DNA of 64,000 bases from Bdellovibrionales bacterium (GTDB lineage: Bacteria; Bdellovibrionota; Bdellovibrionia; Bdellovibrionales; UBA1609): assembly GCA_965199825.1 (NCBI GenBank), contig OZ241329.1:2710539-2774538 (forward strand), in the 5' to 3' direction. This document shows positions 26,752 to 35,467 of the stretch, in pieces. A program made the translations under genes and the position numbers. Positions within the stretch are counted from its first letter, which is position 1. Each line of letters starts with the position of its first letter. The notes under the pieces were generated by a model. It ran no database searches and was not told the origin of the DNA. It was given only the letters and a program-made list of their open reading frames with translations.

Positions 26752-26898
26752 ATGCGAGAAACAGAACCCCAACGGGCTGAACCGATTCGACCTCAACATG
26801 AGCGCTCGGAAGACTTTGAGGCGACCGAGGAACTCGAACGTCGTGAATTGAAAGAAGAACCGCCTGAGCGACCACTGGATGATGAATTTCTGGATTAA
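26752..26898 (+). CDS. Unannotated 48-aa highly acidic ORF downstream of dps
   Basis: MRETEPQRAEPIRPQHERSEDFEATEELERRELKEEPPERPLDDEFLD. AAGGAG lies 6 nt upstream and a terminator follows. Confidence 0.45.
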   Translation: MRETEPQRAEPIRPQHERSEDFEATEELERRELKEEPPERPLDDEFLD

Positions 26899-26910
26899 TA
26901 TGCGAACATG

Positions 26911-26944
26911 AAAAGAGGCTTAAAATTTTTAAGCCTCTTTTTTT
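26911..26944. terminator. Bidirectional intrinsic terminator between convergent genes
   Basis: Near-perfect palindrome AAAAGAGGCTTAAAA/TTTTAAGCCTCTTTT with T-runs usable on both strands. Confidence 0.75.
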
Positions 26945-26960
26945 AACACGAGAGCCTGAA

Positions 26961-27509
26961 TTATTTTGGTTCTGGATGGGGGTTTGAAAGTCCCAATGCC
27001 GAAGAAAATCTTGGGGGCATTAAATTGACCATCAGATCAAGAGTGGTTTTCAAAAAGCCTTCATCCATTGCTTTTGCTTTAAGCTTTTGAAAAGGCTCAA
27101 CCATTGCTTCGGCTTCTTCTTGAGTGAAAAGTTTTTTTGCAGCCGAAAACATCTCGGTCTCTTCTTCAGTGATATGGTGCTCGAGTGCAGTTTTTAGTTT
27201 ATTTGCGGTGCTTTTAAAATTGGCATTGATCATTGTTTCCAGTTGCAGGGTTCGAAGCAGTGCCTCCGCGTACGCATGCTCCTGAAATCCATGAATCCCC
27301 AAATCTTTGGCGTCGTCGAGTAAGCGGAGTGAGTTGTAGAGAACTTCTTCTTCAGCGCGAGAATGGGGAATTAAATTGTCGCGGATCTCTTGCAAAAGAT
27401 ATTTTACCGTTTCGTGATCGGCTTTGCCTTCTTCTAACGAAACCAATTCGTTGAGCATTCTTTTGAGATCATTATGATCTTGGGTCAGCGTTTGATAAAT
27501 TGTCGACAT
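26961..27509 (-). CDS. Hemerythrin (HHE cation-binding) domain protein
   Basis: His/Glu ligand pattern (LTQDHNDL, IPHSRAEEEVLY, FQEHAYAE, LEHHITEEETEMF). ATG at 27509. Confidence 0.75.
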   Translation of the reverse strand: MSTIYQTLTQDHNDLKRMLNELVSLEEGKADHETVKYLLQEIRDNLIPHSRAEEEVLYNSLRLLDDAKDLGIHGFQEHAYAEALLRTLQLETMINANFKSTANKLKTALEHHITEEETEMFSAAKKLFTQEEAEAMVEPFQKLKAKAMDEGFLKTTLDLMVNLMPPRFSSALGLSNPHPEPK

Positions 27510-27543
27510 AAAATGCCTTTCGTTTGTTGTTCGAAATATGATT

Positions 27544-27559
27544 TGCAAAGTGCCTTCCA
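27544..27559 (-). promoter_or_regulatory. Sigma-54-like promoter candidate for the hemerythrin gene
   Basis: The minus strand reads TTGGAAGGCACTTTGCAAAT, i.e. TGGAAG-N5-TTGCA with GG-N10-GC spacing, about 40 nt before the ATG at 27509. Confidence 0.45.
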
Positions 27560-27679
27560 ACTTTAAGCCTTTGGGCCTCGACTAAAAATCAAAATTTCTA
27601 ATGATTATTGCCCCCTCGGGACACAAAGAACCCCATTTCTGTGCTAGCCCTAGAGTAAAAAAAAAGTTAGATCGTGTTT

Positions 27680-28414
27680 ATGAAATATTTTATTTTCCTT
27701 TTGTTGTCGTTGAACTTTGCTCATGCCCAACAGGGTGAACCCCAACCGCTTTCGATTTTTCATTATAAACCGATGTATTTTTTGGCGGGCAACCCCTACA
27801 CCAAAATTCAGATCAGTGTGCGAGCTCGAATTATCGATGGTGTTCCACTTTATGTGGGTTACTCGCAGTTGATGCTCTGGAAGGTCTTTATTGATTCGCC
27901 CTATTTTCAAGACTTAAATTATAATCCTGATCTGTTTTATCGCTATGGCTTACGCCAATCTGAGGATTGGTTAGACTTTGGAATATTTGAACACGAGTCC
28001 AATGGGCGTGGGGGCGAAAAAGAGTTGGCCTGGGACCGAGTTTATTTGCGTTATCACACGAGCAATCACCTTAATCCTTTGCATGATCTCACCACCGAAT
28101 TTAAAGTTTGGGCGCCGATTCGTTACAATCCCAACAATGATGATCTTACCCGGTATCGAGGTCTTTACGAGGTGATTTTGACTTACACCAATGCGCTTGG
28201 GCTTGAGGGCAGCGATCTGACCTTTCGCCTTTATGGCGGTGGTCCCTCCACACTCGATCCGTTTCAAGGTGGGCAAGAGTTGACTTTTCGAGCTCAGTTT
28301 CGCTCGACCAGTTGGCTTCCTTTGTTGGTTCTTCAGGCGTTTCATGGCTATGCTGAGACCATGGATCAATATGCAGTAGAACATTATCAAGTGCGCGCGG
28401 GAATCGGGTTCTAG
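27680..28414 (+). CDS. pldA: Outer-membrane phospholipase A (PldA/OMPLA family)
   Basis: Signal peptide MKYFIFLLLSLNFAHA and the catalytic HxSNG motif (FEHESNGRGG). Confidence 0.7.
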   Translation: MKYFIFLLLSLNFAHAQQGEPQPLSIFHYKPMYFLAGNPYTKIQISVRARIIDGVPLYVGYSQLMLWKVFIDSPYFQDLNYNPDLFYRYGLRQSEDWLDFGIFEHESNGRGGEKELAWDRVYLRYHTSNHLNPLHDLTTEFKVWAPIRYNPNNDDLTRYRGLYEVILTYTNALGLEGSDLTFRLYGGGPSTLDPFQGGQELTFRAQFRSTSWLPLLVLQAFHGYAETMDQYAVEHYQVRAGIGF

Positions 28415-29661
28415 TGGATGCCGATGTTATTATCATCGGTGCTGGGGCCGCAGGATTAAGTGCTGCCCAAAAAATATTAAAGAAAAATAAGTCATTGTTG
28501 ATTCTTGAGGCTCGTGACCGAGCCGGCGGCCGAATGATGACTCAACTCGATAGCCTCACCGGCGATCCGATTGAGCTTGGGGCTGAATTTATTCACGGCT
28601 CTCCTGATGAAATCCTTGGTAAAGTTAAAACATCAGATATCGAAATTCAAAAATCCAATCCTGTGCATTTTGTATTTCGCGATCGACTTCAAAAAGATGC
28701 GCGCTTTCAAGGGGTGATGGAGCGGGGATTAAACCAAATCTGTAAAGATCCACAGCCGGACCAAACCGTTGACGAAGCATTAAAAAATCTTGAAATTGAA
28801 CAAAGAGATCGGGTTCTAAATTTTGTGGCCAATTTTCATGCTGCAGATTTAAAAAAAATGGGCACTCGCGAGCTTGCCCAAACCGAAGAAGAATCGGGTG
28901 AAGAGACTCACACTGTGCAACGCTTAAAGGGTGGGTATGCACAATTGGTTTATAAATTGGCTTCGCCACAAGTCTGTGCCGCATTGAGATTCAATCGGGT
29001 GGTCGAAAAGATCATCTGGCAAAAAAATAAGGTTCTTATTCACACTTCGATGGGGAAAACTAAAAAGGTTTATCAATGCAAAAAAGTTTTGATCACTTTG
29101 CCCATTGGAGTTTTAAAAGCGAATCCGAAATTGATTTCACCTGCGGTAAAGACGCTCAATACCGGATTAAAGTCGATTCATATGGGTACAGCGCTGAGGA
29201 TGGTGATCCAGTTTGAATCGCCATTTTGGAAAAAGGCCCTAAAAACCGAAAACGGTTTTATTCATGATCTTGCCTCGTCGGCATTTCCGGTGTGGTGGGT
29301 CCGCAATTCAAGCGCAACTGCCTGGGTGGGTGGGGTTCGTGCCGAGCAATTGGCAATACTAAAGGGTGAAGAGCTTTTTGATCTGGCTCTAAAGGATTTT
29401 GCCAGACTCTTTGGTCGGGATTTAAATTTAAAAGATGACGTGCTGAACTATCACTTTCACAATTGGTTGTCTGATCCTTTTTCAAAAGGTTCCTATAGTT
29501 ACTTAGGCACAGGCGGGCTTGAGGCCCAAACTGTGATTGGTATGCCTGTTGAAAACACCCTCTTTTTTGCGGGTGAAGGGATCACACAAAAACCGTCTCG
29601 AGGCACAGTTCAGGCCGCGATTGAGACCGGTGAAAAAGCGGCTCAACAAATTCTTGGATAG
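28414..29661 (+). CDS. FAD-dependent amine oxidase family oxidoreductase
   Basis: Dinucleotide-binding DVIIIGAGAAGLSAA...LEARDRAGGR and a C-terminal flavin amine-oxidase signature (LFFAGEG). Confidence 0.8.
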   Translation: MDADVIIIGAGAAGLSAAQKILKKNKSLLILEARDRAGGRMMTQLDSLTGDPIELGAEFIHGSPDEILGKVKTSDIEIQKSNPVHFVFRDRLQKDARFQGVMERGLNQICKDPQPDQTVDEALKNLEIEQRDRVLNFVANFHAADLKKMGTRELAQTEEESGEETHTVQRLKGGYAQLVYKLASPQVCAALRFNRVVEKIIWQKNKVLIHTSMGKTKKVYQCKKVLITLPIGVLKANPKLISPAVKTLNTGLKSIHMGTALRMVIQFESPFWKKALKTENGFIHDLASSAFPVWWVRNSSATAWVGGVRAEQLAILKGEELFDLALKDFARLFGRDLNLKDDVLNYHFHNWLSDPFSKGSYSYLGTGGLEAQTVIGMPVENTLFFAGEGITQKPSRGTVQAAIETGEKAAQQILG

Positions 29662-29666
29662 TCGAA

Positions 29667-31925
29667 ATGGCATCGTTAAAAGAGTACGACAAAAAAAGAA
29701 ACTTTAAAAAAACCACCGAGCCCAAATCTGCCAAAAAAAAATCAACTTCAAAATTGATTTTTGTGATTCATGAGCATCACGCCTCACACCTTCACTACGA
29801 TTTTAGGCTGGAGTGGGAGGGTGTGCTCAAAAGTTGGGCCGTTCCAAAAGGTGTTCCCCTCATTGCTAAAGAAAAACGACTCGCGGTTGAGGTCGAAGAC
29901 CACCCTTATGACTATGCCAAATTCAGCGGGACAATTCCCAAGGGCGAGTATGGTGCAGGCGAAGTTTTTATTTGGGATGAAGGCAATTGGGAGCCGCTTG
30001 GAGATGTGAACAAAGGTTTAAAAAAGGGTCACCTTCAATTTTTATTAAAAGGTCATAAGCTCAATGGAGCCTGGGATCTCGTTCGCACCAAAAAAATGTC
30101 GGGTAAAAAAAATCAGTGGCTGCTGATTAAGAGGACCGATTCTATTAAAGCCCCTACCCTCACCAAAATTAATTTTGTTGAACCTCAGCTCGCCCTCTTG
30201 GTGGATAAGCCCCCAAAGGGTAAAGATTGGATTCACGAGATCAAGCTTGATGGCTACCGGGTGCAGGCTCATATTGCGAACGATGGTATCTCTTTATTTA
30301 CCCGAAAAGGATTTGAGTGGTCTGAAAAATTCAAAGGTCTATTGCCCACTTTAAGAAAACTTGAAAAATACAATGTGGTGCTCGATGGCGAGATTGTTTG
30401 CCTTGATCCAAGTGGACACAGTCACTTTCAACTCCTACAAAAAGCGATCAAAGAAAAAAACTTCGATCAAATGGTGTTTTATGCCTTTGATGTTTTATTT
30501 TTCGAAGGAAAAGATCTTCGCCTTGAGCCACTAAACAAAAGAAAACTGATACTCAAAAAAGTTTTCAAAAACTTTAAGGCTCCTCATGTTAAAATGGTTG
30601 AGACTTTTGATGTTGAAGGTGCAGCGTTATTAAAAAATGCGTGTCAACTTGGCCTAGAAGGAATTATCTCGAAAAATCTTGTGAGCATTTATCGATCAGG
30701 TCGGTATCCTGAGTGGACCAAGTCGAAATGTGGACAACGCCAAGAGTTTGTCATCGGTGGGTACACCGAACCGCAAGGCAATCGAGACAAATTTGGGGCG
30801 CTCTTGTTAGGTGTTTTTGAAAAAGGAAAACTTCGTTATTGCGGCCGTGTGGGAACAGGATTTGATCGCTCGCTACTCAATGATATTTTTGAAAAGTTAG
30901 AAAAATTAAAAGTTAAAAAGTCGCTGTTTCAGATCAATCCGCCAAAAGAAAAAAAACTCAATTTTGTTAAACCGGAGTTAGTCGCAGAAATTGCCTTTGC
31001 CAATTGGACCGAAGACAAACACTTAAGAGCCGCAGTTTTTGAGGGCCTGCGCGAAGATAAACCTGCAGTCCAAATCTCGAAGGAAACCAAAAAGTCTTCG
31101 TCTAAACTCAAGATTTCAAATCCCGACAAAATATTTTTTCAAAAAGAAAAAATCTCAAAGGGCGATGTGAGTGAATACTATGATCAGGTTTCAGATTTTT
31201 TGCTTCCCCATCTTGAGCATCGCCCACTTTCGATTGTTCGTTGTCCCAATGGAACTTCAAAAGCCTGTTTTTTTCAAAAGCATGATCAAAAATCGGCAGA
31301 ATGGATTACTGTTTCGACTCATCAAGAATTAAAACAAATGATTCAGCTGGGAACGATCGAACTTCATCCTTGGGGATCAAAAGAGCCCCAACTTGATGTT
31401 CCAGATCAAATCATCATGGATCTAGATCCTGATGATTCTGTTTCGTTCAGCCAAGTTGTCAAAGCAGCTTTTACTCTTAAACAAATGCTCGATGACATCA
31501 AAATCAAATCCTACGTGAAAGTCACCGGGGGTAAGGGGGTGCATGTGCAATTTGCTTTTGCAGCCCTCTACACTTGGCCACAAATAAAAACTTTTGCGGC
31601 AACTTTAGCGCACGAGATGGTGACCCAAAATCCAAAATTGTTTGTGGATAAAATGTCGAAGAGTTTGCGTAAGGGGAAAATTTTTATTGATCACTTTCGT
31701 AATGGTAAAGGGTCCACTGCGGTTGCTCCTTATTGTTTACGCGCGCGCGACATCAGTGCCGTTGCAATGCCGGTCACTTGGGAAGAACTTAAAAAATTGG
31801 GTTCAGCAAATGTATTTACTTTAGAAAAGGCACAACTTTGGCTGAAAAAACGGAAAAAGGATCCATGGTCTGATTACTTTTTGGACCCACAACAAATTGC
31901 ACTTCTCGATCAAATGAAGAAATGA
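29667..31925 (+). CDS. ligD: Multidomain ATP-dependent DNA ligase LigD (3'-phosphoesterase, ligase and polymerase/primase domains)
   Basis: PE domain (FVIHEHHASHLHYDFRLE), the ligase adenylation motif EIKLDGYR, and a C-terminal LigD polymerase domain (IVRCPNG...LDPDD...KVTGGKGVHV). Confidence 0.9.
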   Translation: MASLKEYDKKRNFKKTTEPKSAKKKSTSKLIFVIHEHHASHLHYDFRLEWEGVLKSWAVPKGVPLIAKEKRLAVEVEDHPYDYAKFSGTIPKGEYGAGEVFIWDEGNWEPLGDVNKGLKKGHLQFLLKGHKLNGAWDLVRTKKMSGKKNQWLLIKRTDSIKAPTLTKINFVEPQLALLVDKPPKGKDWIHEIKLDGYRVQAHIANDGISLFTRKGFEWSEKFKGLLPTLRKLEKYNVVLDGEIVCLDPSGHSHFQLLQKAIKEKNFDQMVFYAFDVLFFEGKDLRLEPLNKRKLILKKVFKNFKAPHVKMVETFDVEGAALLKNACQLGLEGIISKNLVSIYRSGRYPEWTKSKCGQRQEFVIGGYTEPQGNRDKFGALLLGVFEKGKLRYCGRVGTGFDRSLLNDIFEKLEKLKVKKSLFQINPPKEKKLNFVKPELVAEIAFANWTEDKHLRAAVFEGLREDKPAVQISKETKKSSSKLKISNPDKIFFQKEKISKGDVSEYYDQVSDFLLPHLEHRPLSIVRCPNGTSKACFFQKHDQKSAEWITVSTHQELKQMIQLGTIELHPWGSKEPQLDVPDQIIMDLDPDDSVSFSQVVKAAFTLKQMLDDIKIKSYVKVTGGKGVHVQFAFAALYTWPQIKTFAATLAHEMVTQNPKLFVDKMSKSLRKGKIFIDHFRNGKGSTAVAPYCLRARDISAVAMPVTWEELKKLGSANVFTLEKAQLWLKKRKKDPWSDYFLDPQQIALLDQMKK

Positions 31926-31963
31926 GATTGCGGTAGCCCAGTGTTTGTGCCAAAAAATTTCAG

Positions 31964-32917
31964 ATGATCAAACTCATTGGAATTTTTTGGATCCTTACAT
32001 TTTCGCTTCCCTCTTTAGCAACACAACATAGGCGGTGTATGGAGATCTTAGAATCAGGCGCGTCCTCACAAATTAAGATCACACCAGAGCTGATTGACAG
32101 GACAGCAGACCTCACTGGTGATCGTAATCTTGTGCATATGAAGCCAACAAAATTATTTAAACAAAAAAGAATTGCCCATGGAATTACGCTTACAGGTTTT
32201 ATAATGGATCTAATTACCAAAGTTAAACCTGATCAGCTGGTTCAACGACTTGATCTCAACATGCACAATCCCGCATTTTTGGGCGATGAAGTCCGAACCC
32301 AAATTGAGGTCGATCAAGACGTGGTGCGATTTCAACAATTCAATCAGGCTAATATTTTATTGATTGATGGCAGCGGACAAGTCGCTGCGATGAGCGAATT
32401 TTTGAAACAACCAAAGATCAAGAATTTGGATCTCACTCCAATCCCCTATGACATGGATTCGCTGGAATTTCCTGAGGTGGGCCTTCAGGCATCGATGTCG
32501 ACCGAAATCACCAGAGATCTAATCAAAGGAATGGCCGAACTCACCGATGATCAACATCCATTCGAAGTGGAAAAGGGACTTGGAAATCTTAAGGCGCATG
32601 ATCAAATCTTGACCGGATTTGCTTCTAATATGGTTGCTAATTATTTGCCAGGGTCGGGTGCAATCATGAAGACGGTGGGCTTTACGGTGTATCGCCCCGC
32701 TTTTGCAGGTGAAACCATCACGGTGGTTGCAAAAGTGATCGACAGTAACATCAAGAAAAAACTTTTGACCATTGAAGTTGAAATGACCAACAACAAGAAT
32801 GAGCTCTTACTGACCGGGCAAGCCACGGTATTATTTTTGATAATGCAAGGCTCAGCTCGAAAAGCTTTATTAGATCACCTCGAAGAGCTAAGGATCAACT
32901 ATGGAAACAGTAATTAG
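31964..32917 (+). CDS. Double hot-dog (MaoC-like dehydratase) protein with an apparent signal peptide
   Basis: Two MaoC-like segments (ADLTGDRNLVHM...; AELTDDQHPFE...). The N-terminus MIKLIGIFWILTFSLPSLA looks like a signal peptide. Confidence 0.6.
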   Translation: MIKLIGIFWILTFSLPSLATQHRRCMEILESGASSQIKITPELIDRTADLTGDRNLVHMKPTKLFKQKRIAHGITLTGFIMDLITKVKPDQLVQRLDLNMHNPAFLGDEVRTQIEVDQDVVRFQQFNQANILLIDGSGQVAAMSEFLKQPKIKNLDLTPIPYDMDSLEFPEVGLQASMSTEITRDLIKGMAELTDDQHPFEVEKGLGNLKAHDQILTGFASNMVANYLPGSGAIMKTVGFTVYRPAFAGETITVVAKVIDSNIKKKLLTIEVEMTNNKNELLLTGQATVLFLIMQGSARKALLDHLEELRINYGNSN

Positions 32918-33425
32918 TTTAGCCGAACTTTCTGATCTTCAAAACATTAGCGAGCTTGTAAATTCGGCCTACCGTGGTGACTCTTCACGCAAAGGATGGA
33001 CGACTGAAGCTGATCTACTTGGTGGTCAGCGCATTGATACTCAGATGCTTCAAGAGCAGCTTAAAAATAAAAATGAACACATCTTGGTCGCCCGATTCAA
33101 AGACCAAAAAGAAATTATAGGATGCGTGGCCATTGCCCTTGAAGCGCCCACAAAAATTTATATTGGGATGGTCACGGTGGATCCCAACATTCAGGCGCAA
33201 GGGATTGGACGTCAGCTTTTGGCGGCGGCCGAAAATTTTGGCCAAAGCCAAAATTGTTCAAGCAGCTATATGACCGTCATTCATAAAAGAACTTCGCTGA
33301 TCGAGTGGTATGAACGTCGAGGATATAAAAAAACCGGCGATGTGGTTCAGTTTCCAGAGGGCCCTCAGTTTGGTATTCCCCAAACAAAGGACCTGCATCT
33401 GATTGTTCTCTCTAAATCACTTTGA
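32901..33425 (+). CDS. GNAT family N-acetyltransferase
   Basis: Acetyl-CoA-binding motif A, VDPNIQAQGIGRQLLAAAE. Confidence 0.8.
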   Translation: METVISLAELSDLQNISELVNSAYRGDSSRKGWTTEADLLGGQRIDTQMLQEQLKNKNEHILVARFKDQKEIIGCVAIALEAPTKIYIGMVTVDPNIQAQGIGRQLLAAAENFGQSQNCSSSYMTVIHKRTSLIEWYERRGYKKTGDVVQFPEGPQFGIPQTKDLHLIVLSKSL

Positions 33426-33509
33426 TTTAAGGAAGAAAATTCCGCGGACGAAAGTCACAATCGATTGCCCTACAAGTTAAAAAGCCGCACTTTAAGCTAA
33501 AATAGACAG

Positions 33510-33971
33510 ATGACTCAGCTTTCTTTTTTTCTCATCTTATTTTGTTTGATCGGTTGTGTGGGACAACCAAAAGATCTCGGGTCCACCCAACTGGCTTCGT
33601 TAAAATTTGCAAATACCGCTGAAACAAAAGTTTTAAAAAATCGCTACGTATTTAAAACTCGAGTCCGATTTACTGGTGAGTGGCGACCACTTTCAAGTCG
33701 TGCAGCTCGAATGATGACTCTTTATGCTAAAAAAGCTGGAGATAAACCAAATCGATTTAATTATAAATCTGAGATTCGGGTTGCCCAAGGGAAAGGCCAA
33801 TATTGGCTTCCGGTGCCAGAAGAGTTGGTGATCGAAATTGATCGATTTATTAAGCCTAATAAGGTGATGATTGCAGAATGCCTTTTGCTCGGAACCGAAG
33901 CCACACAGTGGACAGCACTGATGACCGGGCTTGAACTTAAAACTTCCTTTAGAGTTTCTAAAAAAGATTGA
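33510..33971 (+). CDS. Lipoprotein, hypothetical
   Basis: Lipobox LIGC after a hydrophobic N-terminus. Confidence 0.5.
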   Translation: MTQLSFFLILFCLIGCVGQPKDLGSTQLASLKFANTAETKVLKNRYVFKTRVRFTGEWRPLSSRAARMMTLYAKKAGDKPNRFNYKSEIRVAQGKGQYWLPVPEELVIEIDRFIKPNKVMIAECLLLGTEATQWTALMTGLELKTSFRVSKKD

Positions 33972-34014
33972 GCTCAACAAACGAATCGTGCAAACCTTAA
34001 TTAGGGGGTAAGTC

Positions 34015-34608
34015 ATGATCGGTTTTATTTTTTTGTTTAGCTTTAATGTTTTGGCAACCGAACCTTGTAAACCGTTGTTCCCAGTTCTTGACCAGAAGGT
34101 CATTAGCCAAAAATTAGTAGAACCTAATTCTGAATCTCTCAAATATCTTCGCGATCAGCTGAGCTTAAGGCTCGATCTTTTTGACGATGAGCTGCCACTG
34201 GTAGAGCTTATTTTTTTTGAAAAGGCGATTGAGTCGATGAAAATTCCCACAAAATTGAGCGGAGGAAGAGATGTTTTAGAGCAGCGCGTTTTGTGGGAAT
34301 CTAAAAGATTTGAACTTCACGTTGCTTTGATCAAGAGCAAAAAACAAACCGCGCTCCCTGTCGGCTATGTTGAGGTTAAAAATGTCGATAGCATCCTGAG
34401 GGATGCCCGAATGACTTATATCGATCGAGTCAAAGCGGTAAAATCTTATCTTTATATTCATGCCGGTGGATTATCCCCAGGAGCTGCGGCTTATGTTTTA
34501 ACCCGCCTTGATCAATTGCCGGACGAAGCTCTGAAAGCTCCCGAATTCGTCACTCACTATAAACTCATTGCCAATCAGCTCGATAGTATTGTTGCAAGTG
34601 CTCGCTAA
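34015..34608 (+). CDS. Hypothetical exported protein
   Basis: Signal peptide MIGFIFLFSFNVLA. No motif recognised. Confidence 0.5.
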   Translation: MIGFIFLFSFNVLATEPCKPLFPVLDQKVISQKLVEPNSESLKYLRDQLSLRLDLFDDELPLVELIFFEKAIESMKIPTKLSGGRDVLEQRVLWESKRFELHVALIKSKKQTALPVGYVEVKNVDSILRDARMTYIDRVKAVKSYLYIHAGGLSPGAAAYVLTRLDQLPDEALKAPEFVTHYKLIANQLDSIVASAR

Positions 34609-34651
34609 AATGATGAAGATGTAAAAAAACTTATCATCCAGCGAGGATCCA

Positions 34652-35467
34652 ATGAAAAAACTTTTTTTAGGAATGGTTTTTTTGGTTGCCTGTCATTCAG
34701 CACCAAAACATACCGAAATGAAGACCGAAAAAATTTGGCCCACAACTCTTGAAGGCGCGGTTCAAAACCCAGATCGTGATGCCGAAAATAAAGCCCGCGA
34801 TATTTATCGCCATCCACTTGAGACTCTCTCGTTTTTTGAAATTCAACCCGGGCAAACCGTTGTCGAAATTTGGCCCGGCGGTGGCTGGTATACCGAAATT
34901 CTCGCGCCATTTTTGGCAAACTCCGGTCACTACGTGGCTGCAATGAGCGGAGCCACCACAAAAGAAGGTAACGAGATCAGCAAAAAATTTGATCTTTGGA
35001 TGGCCTCACATCCCGCCCTTCAGGCAAAGACAACGTTGGTTGATTTTATCCCGCCTAAAAAAACGATGCTTGCCCCCGACGGAACAGTTGATCGGATCGT
35101 GACTTTTAGAAACCTGCATAATCTTGTTGCGATGAAGGCTCTTGATTCCTCAATGGTTGCATTTTTTAAAGCTCTTAAACCTGGTGGAATGCTCGGCGTG
35201 GTGGATCACCGTGCTGCAAGCAAATCCAAAGTGTCTGCTGCAAAATCTGGGTATATTCGCGAAGAAGATGTGATCAAAGCCGCACGTCATGCGGGCTTTC
35301 AATTGGTTGAAAAATCAAATATCAATGCGAACTCAAAGGATCTTAAGAATTATCCAAATGGGGTTTGGACTTTGCCACCCAGTTTTGCATTGGGTGAAAA
35401 AGATCATGATAAATATGCGGCGATTGGCGAGAGCGACCGCATGACCTTGAAATTTGTTAAACCTTAA
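34652..35467 (+). CDS. Predicted exported class I methyltransferase-fold lipoprotein
   Basis: Lipobox LVAC, then the SAM-MTase-like motifs VVEIWPGGGWYTEIL and LKPGGMLGVVDH. Confidence 0.65.
   Translation: MKKLFLGMVFLVACHSAPKHTEMKTEKIWPTTLEGAVQNPDRDAENKARDIYRHPLETLSFFEIQPGQTVVEIWPGGGWYTEILAPFLANSGHYVAAMSGATTKEGNEISKKFDLWMASHPALQAKTTLVDFIPPKKTMLAPDGTVDRIVTFRNLHNLVAMKALDSSMVAFFKALKPGGMLGVVDHRAASKSKVSAAKSGYIREEDVIKAARHAGFQLVEKSNINANSKDLKNYPNGVWTLPPSFALGEKDHDKYAAIGESDRMTLKFVKP

Noticed and set aside
27971-28436. Minus-strand ORFs 27971..28390 and 28146..28436 opposite the pldA-like gene; likewise 33693..34142(-), 58647..59141(-) and 53098..53454(-)
   Set aside because: Each is embedded antisense in a CDS with clear family motifs, and none has a motif or RBS of its own.
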